Assembly: GCA_030390025.1 (NCBI GenBank)
Contig: CM059431.1
Coordinates: 135,410,001-135,474,000 of the forward strand
Reading direction: 5' to 3'
Origin: Squalus acanthias
Lineage: Eukaryota
Length of the DNA: 64,000 nucleotides
Below the pieces are notes generated by a model, which was given only the letters and a program-made list of their open reading frames with translations, was not told where the DNA came from and made no database searches. Shown piece by piece: positions 1 through 11,610 of the stretch; the first letter of the stretch is position 1; each line of letters begins with the position of its first letter. The translations under genes were made by a program, and so were the position numbers.

Positions 1-169
1 ATGAGCGCATCTTGAGCTCAAATCTCTTTATGTAAAACAAGTGTCAGGTAAAAAACCGAGTTAACCAACACTGCTGAACCATGGTTGCTGAAGCATGCAT
101 TACACTATGGGAAGTCTGTTAGTTGCCCGTTAGTGCCACCAATATAATTCTGCAAATCATTTTGATTAG

Positions 170-500
170 CAACAGGGGAGATGCTGGGAGGAAGTTTCCC
201 CTGGCTGGGAAGCCTAGAACCAGGGGTCACAGTCTCAGAATAAGGGATCGGCCACTTAGGACTGAGATGAGAAGAAATTCCTTCACTCAGGTTGTGAATC
301 TTTGGAATTCTCTACCCCAGAGGGCTGTGGAGGCTCAGTCATTGAGGATATTCAAGACAGAGATCGATAGATTTTCGGGCACTAGGGGAATCAAGGGATA
401 TGGGGATAGTGTGGGAAGGTGGAGTTGAGGTAGAAGATCAGCCATGATCTTATTGAATGGCGGAGCAGGTTCGAAGGGCTGAATGGCCTACTCCTTGTGT
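170..500 (+). mobile_element. CR1 LINE 3' end fragment
   Basis: Translates to the CR1 ORF2 C-terminus (RTRGHSLRI...EMRRNSFTQ-VVNLWNSLP), followed by the CR1 3'UTR (gatcagccatgatc...gaatggcctactcct) shared with other copies in the window. Confidence 0.9.
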
Positions 501-667
501 ACTTAAACTGGATAAAATGTGTCTAAAACACTATTGTTCACCAGACATCTAGAAGAATTATCTCCGTCATTGCAAATATCAAAACTGTTTTGCAGGCCCC
601 AGCTGATAGTTATATTCAAACTGTAAAACTTTTTTTTTGCTTAATATATGTTTTGTAATCTTCAAAA

Positions 668-1230
668 CACATAGAAGTTACAACACGAAAACAGGCCATT
701 CGGCCCAACCAGTCCATGTCACCATTCACCCTCCACATGAGCAAATAGCTCTAATCGCATTTACTCGCCCGGTACCCATATCTCTTAGCTCCTTTTCCTT
801 CATCCACCTATGCAATTATGAATGTTACATAGTTTCTTCCTCAACTACTTATCCCAGTGAATTCCACAGCCTCTGAACTCTCTGTGTAAAGAAGTTTCTC
901 CTGCTCTCTGTTACATTTAATCTTCTAGCTGTGGCCTTTCGTTCTTCACCTCTCAATTACTGGAAACAGTCTGCTTCTATCTACCCCATCCCATCCTTTC
1001 ATCATTTTAAACACTTTAGTCATATCACCCCATAATCTACATTGTTCTAATAAAAAAGATCCAGTTTTTCAAGTCTTTCTTCATATTTGTATTTCCTCAT
1101 ACCAGGCAGCATCCTAGTGAATCTGCATTGTACCCTCGCTAAAGCCGCGCTATCCTTCCTATAGTGTCGATTCTAATACTGCACACAATACTCTAACTGA
1201 GGTCTTATTAAGGTTTTATATAGGCTTATT
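668..1230 (-). mobile_element. Degenerate CR1-like LINE 3' fragment
   Basis: Reverse-complemented CR1 tail (acatagaa...aggccattcggccc) and ORF2 C-terminal remnants (gaattccacagcctc, ctgcacacaatactc). Confidence 0.7.
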
Positions 1231-1232
1231 AA

Positions 1233-1460
1233 TGGCCCGGATTTTGCGGTCAGTGGCATAATTAAGGATTACGCCGCTGGCATTCGAACGGAAGGCGCAC
1301 TTACCTGCGGGGACCCCTCCTCCGAGAAGTTGCTGTCAGACGCTGTGTAGTAGAGGGCAGCGTAGTGGCCCACGGATCCCAGGGGCACACCGTCTGCGTA
1401 AGTGTACCTGGGATCACGTGGGCCAGTGCTCCAAACAGTAATCAGAAGGTCTCTCATTAA
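1233..1460. mobile_element. End fragment of a Harbinger-type MITE
   Basis: Starts ggcccggattttgcggtcag, matching the reverse complement of the element end at ~29950-29968 (ctgaccgcaaattcagggcc). Confidence 0.55.
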
Positions 1461-4186
1461 TACTATTAGAGATCATTAGTCTTTGCACTTCAGAACTTTG
1501 AAAATAACTTAAATGTGTGATTTGGGGGTCTGGGTGTGTGCAGAATGCATTTTGTAAGTCATCTACATTTTCATATTTTTCCTCCCAGCAAAAATATTTT
1601 AAAAACCTGAGAATAGTGCTTTCTTCAAAAATCTATTGGAAGACAGTTCTTTATTTTTCATGAACAAAATCCTGTGGGTCATATGTAAATGTTTCCATTT
1701 CAGGCCTCGTATAGCTTTTAAAATTAAATATATTACTTGGATTTGTCAGGGGGTATCCCCTTACGCTGCGCTACTTTGCACCAGCCATAACATTTTCATA
1801 CGTAATTGCTGGGCAGTTGCTGGGCAATTAGCCCAACTCTGTGCCAGCAATTAGGATTTCAACATCGGTGCGGATCATCTGTCAAGTCGGAACATGACAG
1901 ATCGCGAGTTCGGGATTTAGCGCATGTGGAAATCCCAAACTTGCTATCCATTTCAAAGGCGGTAGGACGGCGTACTCTCAGAGTATGCCGTCATACCCAC
2001 TGCAAATTATAGCCCGTTACCTCTAAGCTTTTATACTTCTTGAGATAAAACCTAGAATTCCATTCTTTTTTTTAATGTCCTTATTAACCTGAGATGCTGC
2101 TGTAAATGTCACGTGAATCCGTATACTCAAATCTCTTTCCTCTTCCACAGCACTGAACCTATTTCCATTCAGACTATAATAACTGCTCTTTTTTTTTACC
2201 AAAATGCATCACACTTACTTACATTGAGTTTCATTTGTTACTATTTAGTCCATTCCCCATCAACCAGGCCTAGTTCCTTGTCTTCCTTTAACTTCCTGAG
2301 CCTGTCTGTGGCCACCTTATCTGAAGTTTCTATTTCTTTCAGCACCTCCTCTGTCCCCCTTCCCCTCAGTCCCACATCGAATTTCAATCTCCATGCTGGG
2401 GAGGCTACCAATGACTACCTCTGTGAACACAGAAAAGAAGAATCACTTAGCATATTTGTTAATCCTTGGCCGCTTAATATTTTTTGCAAACATACTGGAT
2501 CCTTTTTGACTTTGTGTATATAATATAAATAGATGAAAGTTTAACTATAACTTCAAACTAAAAGACAACCAAACTCAAATATCTGTACAAATGACCTTTC
2601 GTTGATAAACTACAATGTTAAAAAATAAGTAATTGTTTTAATTAAATGAGGATACATATGACAGTGGTTTTGCAATTATTATGATGAAGTTGTTTTTACT
2701 CAGTAGCACTGTGTAATGATTCTATTTTTATTATCTTTAGTGTCTCATCAGGATTATTTGTTTAGCGCAAAAAGAATCAGATCCTTGGTTGGCCATTTCA
2801 AAATCAATTTCATGCCTGAGCGACCTTTCTCTGGGACCTCTGTCATTTCCCTGTCAGCAAGCCTCAGGAGACACATTACATTGACAAAAGGATGGATGGG
2901 ACACCAAAAAAAGTTTGTACATTAGAATTAATTTGAAGCACTGTTCTCCTAATGAACAAATTTACTTTTGAAGTCTGCATTAAAGAAAGTAATCACACGA
3001 TGGAATGTTGCACCTTTCTCTGACCCTTTGCCAAAGATTTCGTTTTAACACAAGAAATAACAATGGGAATTACAAATCCAAGTTTTTGGGTCTTGTTCAG
3101 AAAATACTTTTTATAAAGTACAGCTGGATAAGCTGTATCAGGGAGCTAAGTTTTATATGTAGTTCATGGAATCAAAACCTAAGATAAGCAGTCATTCAAA
3201 GATCAGTATGACAGCATCTGTTTTCTACATAAATAAATCTTATAAATATTGACGAATATCTACCATGTGATTCAAATGGGAATTCCTCAGGAGTTTTCCT
3301 GCTCAGCCAGCCTAATTTTGGCAGAAACCTCAGTTACAGCGGTGGAGTGGGAGAGGCCACATGGAAATTCACTGCCATTTACTCCAATGCAGATGAAATG
3401 ATCTTTCCTTAACCATGCTGTATCCTTACGTTCGACTATATGACTCCGAAAGGAACAATTAGACTTTTTATCTGCTAGTTTAGTTAAAGGTAAGTTATCC
3501 CCATTCTTCAATTTGTCTGGCTCTCTGATCTTTGCTGCCCAGAAGGTGGGTGTCTTCTTCCCGCACACTAATATCCCCTTTTGACCAGCTGCTATAAAAC
3601 ACTCTGGGCGGATTTGCCTGGCTGATTTCCTCCTCCTGGCAGGCACTAAATGAAAGAATTTGAATCTGAATTTGGCTCCAGATTAGGGACACTGGGAGTG
3701 AAATTAGGCTCGGTAGCACCTGTTTTTTGGGTGCTACAAGGCCCCTTAACGTTTCAAAAAGGTGATGATGCGTGCGCACTCTTCTGATGCAAAGTGCGCT
3801 GGACGCCATATTGGTAAAGGGGTTAGCGCGTGCACACCTAACATCTGCCAGCAGCATGCCGAGTAACAAGATCATGACAGCAATGCTGATTTGACACCAG
3901 CGCTACCATTTTGGACCTCCAGCCTATGCCTTCTTTTAACCTTGCACAGCTGAACACGTGCTAAACAGCAGAAAGGATCCCCTGCTAGCGCTATTTAAAG
4001 GGATCATCAGCTACTTACAGGTTTGTTGCTGGTTTATTTCTTCTGGCTGTTGCTGCAATTCTGCAAGTTTTAGGTGCTTTCTACAGTTGGTTAAAGTTTC
4101 AGTAGTATTTAAGGAGTGGTGTGGCAGGTGCTGAAGTTCTTTTTTGCTGACGTAAAAGCTTCTGCACAGACCAGTTGCTCCCAGAC

Positions 4187-5325
4187 ATGGGCGGACTAGT
4201 GGGCCTTCCTCTTAGCATTGAACATGACTGGGAGAATGAAGAGAGGCCACACAGAGCAGGACAAGCTGCTAAAAGAGGGAGGAGGAGGAGGGGGGAGAAG
4301 GGCTCTCAGCAGGAGGCCATATCCGCAGATGGTGTTCAGGGGGCAGTTCTCCTACCTGAACTTCAGCCGTGACCAATGCTTCAGAAGTCTGCGCTTCACA
4401 AAAGAGGTCATCACTAAAATCTGCCTCCTGGTGCAGCCACAACTCCAAGCTCAGAGCAGGGCAAGGGCTGCACGGCCTGTGGCTGTCAAGGTGACTGTGA
4501 CTCTGAACTTCTATGCATCTGGCTCCTTCCAAACTGCTGCTGGAGATATAAGCAACATCTCACAGTTTGCAGTGCACTGCTGCAAAAGGGAGGTCACTGA
4601 GGCTCTCTATACACAGAGAGACAGCTTCATTTCATTTCCTCTTGCCAGAGAGAAGCAGGCAGAGCGAGCATGAGGGCTTGCAAGGATTTCAGGCTTCCCC
4701 ATGGTGGAGGGTGCCAATGACTGCATGCACATTGCTTTGCATGCATTGCATGTCAACTCTGCCATTTACCCAAACCGAAAGGGATTCCACTGCTTCAATG
4801 CGCAGCTGGTGTGTGACCACAGGCAGTGCATCATGCAAATCAATGCCCGCTATCCTGGCAGCAATCACAATGCATTTGCAGCAGTCCTCTGAACCAGCTA
4901 TACTTCAACCACCACGGCAAACTAAAGGGTGGCTACTGGGCGACAAGGGTTATCCGCTGACGACATGACTCATGACTCTGGTGCCCAACCCACGCACACG
5001 TGCACAGTAGACATACAACGAGAGCCATGCTGCCACAAGAAATGTGATAGAGCAGACCATTGCCGTCCTGAAGCAATGATTCTGCTGCCTGGACCGCTCT
5101 GGAGGAGCCCTGCAGTACTCGGCTGAGCAGGTCTCAAGATTTGTCCTAGTTTGCTGCATGCTGCAAAACCTTGCCATCATGAGTGAACCACCTATCAGGT
5201 GAGAAGCTGAGGAGCAGGAGACAGAGGAGGAGGATATGGAAGAGGAGGAAGAGGAAGGGAAGCTGCAACCTAGACAGCCCCTTTCTGCCTGGCCTCTACA
5301 TGAATAAATAATTAATGAGTCATAG
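4187..5325 (+). pseudogene. Harbinger (HARBI1-like) DDE transposase, frameshifted
   Basis: Motifs across frames: VAVKVTVTLNFYASGSFQ, ISQFAVH, GANDCMHI, NRKGFHCFNAQLVCD, WLLGDKGYP, acidic tail; several stops and frameshifts. Confidence 0.9.
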
Positions 5326-6559
5326 CAATAACCTCAACCACAACTTCCCAATCACCAACACTCATTACCTTCCCTCTGTCACTGACCATCACATCCTCTT
5401 TCCCACAATGCAAAAATAAAAGCCAACACAAAATACACATTCCAATCCAAATTTATAAATTAAATCATGCCATAATGCAAACAAAAATAAAGTAATCACC
5501 CTTGTGCATTCCCTTAGTGCCTTTCCCATGTGCCTTTGCCTGTCCTAGTGCTCCTACGAGGTACTGCCCCAGTGGCTGCAGCATGGCTGGTGGAAGGCTG
5601 CTGACTTTCAGTGGAGAGGGCTGCAGATGTCCTTGGAGGGCGACCTCGAGCAGCTCTGGGCCTAGAAAACCCAGTTGCAGACTGCACCATCTTGGCATGG
5701 GCAGCAGCAGTCTGGGCTGGCTGGCTGACGGGTAACAGCAAGGGCACTTGTGGCGTGGCAGGAGTGGGAGCACAAATGCTGTCTTCCAGAGAGAGGATAG
5801 CAGGTTCGTACTCCATGGAGCCACTGCCACTCTCCTGGGGCAGCGCCTCAGCAATTCAATACTCTGTTGGAGAGCAGCTTGCTGGAGTGCTCTGACACCC
5901 TGGAAGCCCCTTTGAACACTGGTTTCCAGAGCCATGAATGCAGCAATCTGAGCTTCCATGCCAGCAAGCTGAGATTGCATGACAGCAGTCTGAGCTTCCA
6001 CTGCAGCACTCAGACGTTGGGTGGCTGCTGCTTGTGCTGCAATGGAAGCTGTGACATCGGCCATTAGAAGCTGCATCATGGTGGGTTCCACAAGTGTTCT
6101 CATGGAGTTGGCCACCACATCCATGCTGGAAAAGATGGGCTCCAAGTTCTGTGCAAAACCCTGTGCCAAGTTGGTGTCAGACTCTTCAATGCCCCTTGAC
6201 ATTGAATGCAGGCTTTCTGGCAGGCTTTCCAGTGCACCAAGCAGTTGGGTGTGTACACCCAGCAGCCTTCTTCTGTAGCCTGGCCCATCAAAGTCATCAT
6301 CTGAGTCCTCTGCAGCAGAACTAGTGTGCGACCTTGCCCTCCGATGAGCTGGCACCTGCTCTATCCTTTTCCCCTGCCCTGGCTGCAGGTCACTTGTGCC
6401 TGGTGTCTCACCATGTGCAAATCCCGCCTCTATGCTATCCTCTAAATTATGCACAGTGTCAGTATCTGAGCTGGTAGCTGCGAGTGTGAAATTGAGTGAC
6501 GGTGTGTCGTCATCTTCACTGTCTTCTTTCTCTTCCTCCACTGCCTGGGCAGGTAGTAG

Positions 6560-6774
6560 TGTCATAAATCGCAAGTAACAACTCAGGAAGTACTACTGGG
6601 CGGCCAGCTGGGGCGCCGTCCAGGGAGTATAAATACTCAGGCATGGGCCCACCTTGGGCAGAGACAATCTGGAAACAGGAAGCTAGTGACTGCTAACTAG
6701 ACCTCCATGTTTTGTTACAAGTTGATTAAAGCCTTGCTTTATGTTCAAGTGCGTAGTGAGTCTTTATTACGTCA
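6560..6774 (+). repeat. Gypsy 5' LTR
   Basis: tgtcataaatc...attacgtca; TATA-like tataaata at 6628-6635; ATTAAA at 6725-6730. Confidence 0.97.
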
Positions 6775-6874
6775 ATTTAATCAACTTGAAATCGTCTCCA
6801 CGCTTTGGGTGATTCGGAACAACCAGCTGAAACTCGAACCACAGAAGGGAACTAGGGCAAGAAACTGATCCATC

Positions 6875-9800
6875 ATGGAAAAACTCCTTAGACCCGCTCG
6901 TCTCGACCTGGACCCGAATGCACCTGCGGCAGCGAAGGTATGGAAGCATTGGTTTCGTACCTTTAGCAACTTTCTTGAAGAATGTGGGGCGGATGTCCCT
7001 AATAAGTTACGAATGCTTATCAACTATGTGTCTCCTCATGTGTATGACTATATTGAGGACTGTATAGTCTATGACACTGCTATCGAAATCTTACAGCAGC
7101 TATATGTCAAGTCCCCAAATGAAATATTTGCTCGACACCTACTGGCCACAACTCAGCAGCAGCCTGGGGAATCACTCGATGAATTTCTCCAGAAACTTCG
7201 CAGGCTCAGCAAGGATTGTAACCTTAAAGCAGTTACAGCTGAACAGTATCAAGAGGAACGAATCCGCAATTCCTTTATCAATGGGATCGCGTCCCCTTTT
7301 ATACGTCAGCGCCTGCTGGAAAATAAAACCCTCAATTTACGGGCTGCTTATGACCAGGCGTGTTCCTTGGACTTGGCCAAGAAAAATGCAGACACTTATC
7401 TCCCACCACGTGCACGGGCGGCGGCTATCTCCTTTAATGAGTCTTTCGGTAGGTCTCGGGCGGATGCCCCCACTGATGTTGACTCTACTCTAACGGACGA
7501 CGACCCTACCCTAGAGGCCTTCGCTGATGACGACCCCGCCCTAGCAGCATCCTGGCAATCGGGAAGAAAGTGTTTCTTTTGTGGAGGGGCGTGCCATCAC
7601 AGAAAATCTTGCCCGGCTCGTAATGTGACCTGCAATCATTGCAGCAAGAAAGGACACTTTTCCAAGGTATGCCAGTCACGGGCCTCTGCTAACCAGAAAG
7701 GCCGCTCCTCTAAAGTATACCGGTCGAGAGCTCCTGTTAGCTTCACAGCTGCTATCTATGGAGCTGCTCCTCCCCCAAGAATTACTGTTAAGGCTACAGC
7801 TGCCAAAGGGAAAATTGTCCCTCCTCCCATCACAGCTGTTTTTCCCCAAAGTTTGTCCCATGCAGCCACGAAGGTTTCAGTAAATGGGCACACTCTAAGC
7901 GCGCTAATCGACTCCTGCAGCTCTGACAGCTTCATTAGTAAGCGGGCTGTCAACAGGTTAAAACTGCACATTTATCCCTCGGACAGGGAGATTGCAATGG
8001 CTCTGACGACTCTGACCACCAATTCTTCTGGCTTCTGTCTGGTCAACCTCATCCTCAACGGCCGCACGTATCTCTCCACCCGGCTCGGAGTACTCGCAAA
8101 CTTATGCAGCGATGTGCTTCTGGGACAGGACTTCCAGAAGCAGCACAAGAAAATCACTTTTGAGTTTGGAGGGTCAAGGCCGGAGCTTACCATTTCTAAG
8201 GTGCCGTTTTGTGCACTCTCGGCAGCCTTACTCGGTGAACCCTCCCTGTTTGCCAATCTTCCCCCCCGCTGTAAACCCATAGCCACCAAATCGCGGCGCT
8301 TTAGCCAAGACGATCGAGCGTTTATTGAGGCGGAAATCTCTCGCCTTTTAGTCGACGGTATTATCGAGCCATGTTCATCTCCCTGGCGGGCTCAGGTCGT
8401 CATTGTGAGGAATCCCTTAAAACAACATAAAAAACGTCTGTGTATCGATTATTCGCAGACTATTAATCAATATACCGATCTGGATGCCTACCCACTGCCA
8501 CGCATAGATGACATGGTCAACAACCTTGCCAAATACAAGGTATTCTCGACCTTCGATTTAAAAAGCGCGTACCATCAGGTGCCACTGCAAGACTCCGACA
8601 AGAAGTATACGGCCTTTGAGGCCAATGGTCGGCTTTTCCAGTTTCGCCGCCTTCCATTCGGGGTCACCAATGGGGTGGCCGTCTTCCAACGGGCCATGGA
8701 TGGCCTAGTCCGGCAAGAGAACTTGACGGATACCTTTCCGTATTTAGACAATATCACTATTGCCGGTCATGATCAAAAGGAGCATGACGCCAATCTTCAG
8801 AGATTTTTTGACGTACTCCGCCGTCGCCACTTAACGTTAAACGAATCCAAATCGGTGAAGTCGGTGCCATCGGTGAACATTCTTGGCTACTGCGTGGGCA
8901 ACGGTGTTATTAAACCGGACCCAGAGCGACTTCGTCCACTTCAGGAGCTCCCTCCCCCGACGAACCTCGGCTCTCTTCGTCGGGCACTTGGCATGTTTGC
9001 TTATTACGCAAAATGGATACCACACTTCTCCGATAAAATACAGCCCCTGCTCCATGCGAAGTCTTTTCCATTGGAAGCTACGGCTATTTCTGCCTTCAAC
9101 CTCCTCAAACGACAGCTGGAGAAAGCCACGCTTCGCTCCATTGACGAAAATCTTCCTTTTGTGGTCGAATGCGATGCATCGGAGGTGGCGATCTCCGCTA
9201 CCTTGAATCAAGGTGGCCGACCCGTGGCATTCCTATCCAGAACCTTGCAGGGTAGCGAGTTCCATTACCCCCCCGTCGAGAAGGAGGCTACGGCCATCAT
9301 CGAGGCTGTACGCCAATGGGGTCATTTTCTTGCTCGGCGTCATTTTACGCTTATAACTGACCAGCGCTCTGTGGCCTTCATGTTGGATAACCGGAGGCGC
9401 ACGAAAATCAAAAATAATAAAATTCAACTCTGGAGGATGGAGCTGGCTGCCTTTGGATATACTATCTGTTACCGACCCGGCAAACAGAACGTGGCCCCAG
9501 ATACCTTCACACGGGCATTTTGCTCCTCAATGTCAACGTCGACTCTGGCGGATTTGCATATGGACTTGTGCCATCCTGGTGTGACCCGCATGTTGCACTT
9601 TGTGCGCTCCAAAAATCTACCATTTTCAACCGAGGACGTAAAGAAAACATGCTCCTCCTGTAGGATTTGTGCAGAATTGAAACCACAATTCTTTCGCCCA
9701 TCAGATGGCTTACTCATACATGCAATGCAGCCTATGCAGAGGCTCAGCATAGACTTTAAAGGGCCATTGCCTTCGTCGACAAGGAACACCTACCTACTTA

Positions 9801-10816
9801 CGATGGTGGACGAGTATTCACGCTTTCCCTTCGCCTTCCCCTGCCCTAATATGCTTACCTCTACGGTAATTAAATGCCTCGATCAGGTCTTTTCCCTTTG
9901 CGGGACGGCCAATTTTATCCACACTGATCGGGGTCCCTCCTTTATGTCGAGTGAACTTAAAAGTTATCTCTCCCAACGTGGAATCGCCTCAAGTAGGACG
10001 ACACCATATCACCCAATCGGTAACGGAGAGGTTGAACGATACAATGCCATCATCTGGAACGCTGTCCGTCTGGCACTAAGGTCACGCAACCTACCGGACC
10101 AGCAGTGGGAAACGGTGCTCCCCGACGTGTTACACTCTATCAGGTCTCTTCTCTCCACATCTACTAATGTCACGCCTCATGAGCGATTCTTCAAATTCCG
10201 GCGTCGCTCTACACATGGGACGTCTCTACCGTCATGGTTGGTGGCTCCAGGCCCGGTGCTACTCCGGAGGTTCGTCCGGTCTGCCAAAAACGACCCTCTC
10301 GTTGACGAGGTGGAGTTAACGGAGGTAAACCCCACGTATGCGCACATATGGTACCCTGATGGCCGGGAGACCACCGTCTCGCTCCGAGATCTGGCTCCCT
10401 GCCCAACCGGTCACACGGGCCCGAATGATGAAGGATCCCACGACGATGATATCAACACTCCGCACCCCTATGAAAATGACGCCCCGCCTGGGACATCGGG
10501 GGATCTGCCGGCAACGCTACCGGATCAACTCAGGGAGCTGGACGCTCCCCGTAGGATGGCCACCCGAAACCAGGACGCCGGACAATCTCCAGCCACGACC
10601 CGGGATGAGGCCAGCTCAGCACCTGTGGGGACCCGCACCCGGAGTCATGATATTCCCAGTCCTCCACAGGATGATCAAGATGACGCGGACTCTACTGACT
10701 TACCGGTATGGGCCAAGCGACCCAGGGACCAGGACACGGTCCGGGGAGACGTGCCTTCCGGTCACAAGCAGAGAGCTAAACGTCTACGGCTATTTCTGGT
10801 CCGCCTAGTCCGTTAA
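6875..10816 (+). CDS. gag-pol: Gypsy Gag-Pol polyprotein (Gag with 2 Zn knuckles, protease, RT, RNase H, integrase), 1313 aa
   Basis: CFFCGGACHHRKSC and CNHCSKKGHFSKVC; LIDSCS protease; RLCIDY, FDLKSAYHQV, LPFG, YLDN RT; CDAS...EKEA...TDQ RNase H; HHCC and D-D-E (IDFKGP, HTDRG, EVERYN) integrase, in Gypsy domain order. Confidence 0.97.
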   Translation: MEKLLRPARLDLDPNAPAAAKVWKHWFRTFSNFLEECGADVPNKLRMLINYVSPHVYDYIEDCIVYDTAIEILQQLYVKSPNEIFARHLLATTQQQPGESLDEFLQKLRRLSKDCNLKAVTAEQYQEERIRNSFINGIASPFIRQRLLENKTLNLRAAYDQACSLDLAKKNADTYLPPRARAAAISFNESFGRSRADAPTDVDSTLTDDDPTLEAFADDDPALAASWQSGRKCFFCGGACHHRKSCPARNVTCNHCSKKGHFSKVCQSRASANQKGRSSKVYRSRAPVSFTAAIYGAAPPPRITVKATAAKGKIVPPPITAVFPQSLSHAATKVSVNGHTLSALIDSCSSDSFISKRAVNRLKLHIYPSDREIAMALTTLTTNSSGFCLVNLILNGRTYLSTRLGVLANLCSDVLLGQDFQKQHKKITFEFGGSRPELTISKVPFCALSAALLGEPSLFANLPPRCKPIATKSRRFSQDDRAFIEAEISRLLVDGIIEPCSSPWRAQVVIVRNPLKQHKKRLCIDYSQTINQYTDLDAYPLPRIDDMVNNLAKYKVFSTFDLKSAYHQVPLQDSDKKYTAFEANGRLFQFRRLPFGVTNGVAVFQRAMDGLVRQENLTDTFPYLDNITIAGHDQKEHDANLQRFFDVLRRRHLTLNESKSVKSVPSVNILGYCVGNGVIKPDPERLRPLQELPPPTNLGSLRRALGMFAYYAKWIPHFSDKIQPLLHAKSFPLEATAISAFNLLKRQLEKATLRSIDENLPFVVECDASEVAISATLNQGGRPVAFLSRTLQGSEFHYPPVEKEATAIIEAVRQWGHFLARRHFTLITDQRSVAFMLDNRRRTKIKNNKIQLWRMELAAFGYTICYRPGKQNVAPDTFTRAFCSSMSTSTLADLHMDLCHPGVTRMLHFVRSKNLPFSTEDVKKTCSSCRICAELKPQFFRPSDGLLIHAMQPMQRLSIDFKGPLPSSTRNTYLLTMVDEYSRFPFAFPCPNMLTSTVIKCLDQVFSLCGTANFIHTDRGPSFMSSELKSYLSQRGIASSRTTPYHPIGNGEVERYNAIIWNAVRLALRSRNLPDQQWETVLPDVLHSIRSLLSTSTNVTPHERFFKFRRRSTHGTSLPSWLVAPGPVLLRRFVRSAKNDPLVDEVELTEVNPTYAHIWYPDGRETTVSLRDLAPCPTGHTGPNDEGSHDDDINTPHPYENDAPPGTSGDLPATLPDQLRELDAPRRMATRNQDAGQSPATTRDEASSAPVGTRTRSHDIPSPPQDDQDDADSTDLPVWAKRPRDQDTVRGDVPSGHKQRAKRLRLFLVRLVR

Positions 10817-10854
10817 AGGAAGACTGGACTTCCAAACCTTTTAGGGAGGAAGAA

Positions 10855-11069
10855 TGTCATAAATCGCAAGTAACAACTCAGGAAGTACTACTGGGCGGCC
10901 AGCTGGGGCGCCGTCCAGGGAGTATAAATACTCAGGCATGGGCCCACCTTGGGCAGAGACAATCTGGAAACAGGAAGCTAGTGACTGCTAACTAGACCTC
11001 CATGGTTTGTTACAAGTTGATTAAAGCCTTGCTTTATGTTCAAGTGCGTAGTGAGTCTTTATTACGTCA
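10855..11069 (+). repeat. Gypsy 3' LTR
   Basis: Identical to 6560-6774 except ccatgTtttg vs ccatgGtttg. Confidence 0.97.
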
Positions 11070-11289
11070 AGTAGTTCTTGGATAACTGTAAGGAAAAAGC
11101 GACTAGGGAAGTGTTGTGGTGAGGGGAGAGGAGAAAGCAGGAAGTGCATGCTTTGGCGCCTTTCACCATAGGGAAGCCTGCCATGCGTGTGAAACCTGGT
11201 CCTGCTTTGCTTTGTCCATAGAGAAGGAGATTTATGTGTTTCTCCAGGTGTAGAGAGCCTCGGTGATAGATCGGTGCGATGCGAACTGG

Positions 11290-11610
11290 GATATGTCACT
11301 TATTTCACTTGCTGTGGCCTGAAAGGAGCCCATGGCACAAGAGTTAAGGGTCATGGTAACCTTGACAGCCACAGGCAGTGCTGTCCATCCCCTGGTGTGA
11401 GCCTTGAGTTATGGCTTCAGTAGGTGACATAGCTCAGGGACAGCCTCCTTGGTTGAGGTAGGAGAAGTACTCCCTGAATACTACTGTTATTATGGCCTCC
11501 TATGCAGTGCCCTCCTCCTCCCTCTTTTGGCAGCTGCTCATGCTGTCTTCCTTGCTGCTCTCCATCCTCCCCCAGCCTTGAAAATAGCCCTACCAGACCA
11601 CCCATGACAA
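11290..11610 (-). pseudogene. Inverted 5' fragment of a Harbinger transposase
   Basis: MGGLVGL... N-terminus like 4187+, and the reverse complement of cctgtggctgtcaaggttacc (PVAVKVT). Confidence 0.7.

Larger units (their letters stand above)
6560..11069 (+). mobile_element. Full-length Ty3/Gypsy LTR retrotransposon
   Basis: 215-bp TG...CA LTRs differing at 1 position; 5-bp TSD AGTAG (6555-6559 / 11070-11074); PPT agggaggaagaa before the 3' LTR; single gag-pol ORF. Confidence 0.98.
5494..11087 (-). pseudogene. Last exon of Harbinger ORF2 (Myb/SANT partner protein), split by the Gypsy insertion
   Basis: ORF 5465-6574 is homologous to ORF 12652-13545. A splice acceptor (ccttacag|TTATCCAAGAACT) at ~11087 lies just beyond the 3' LTR, equivalent to tttcag|ATACCCAAGAACT in the second copy. 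Confidence 0.75.
3694..11160. mobile_element. PIF/Harbinger transposon A (transposase plus convergent ORF2), interrupted by the Gypsy element
   Basis: Left end gggagtgaaattaggctc; HARBI1-like transposase on +; acidic/Ala-Gln-rich ORF2 exon on -. Confidence 0.8.
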
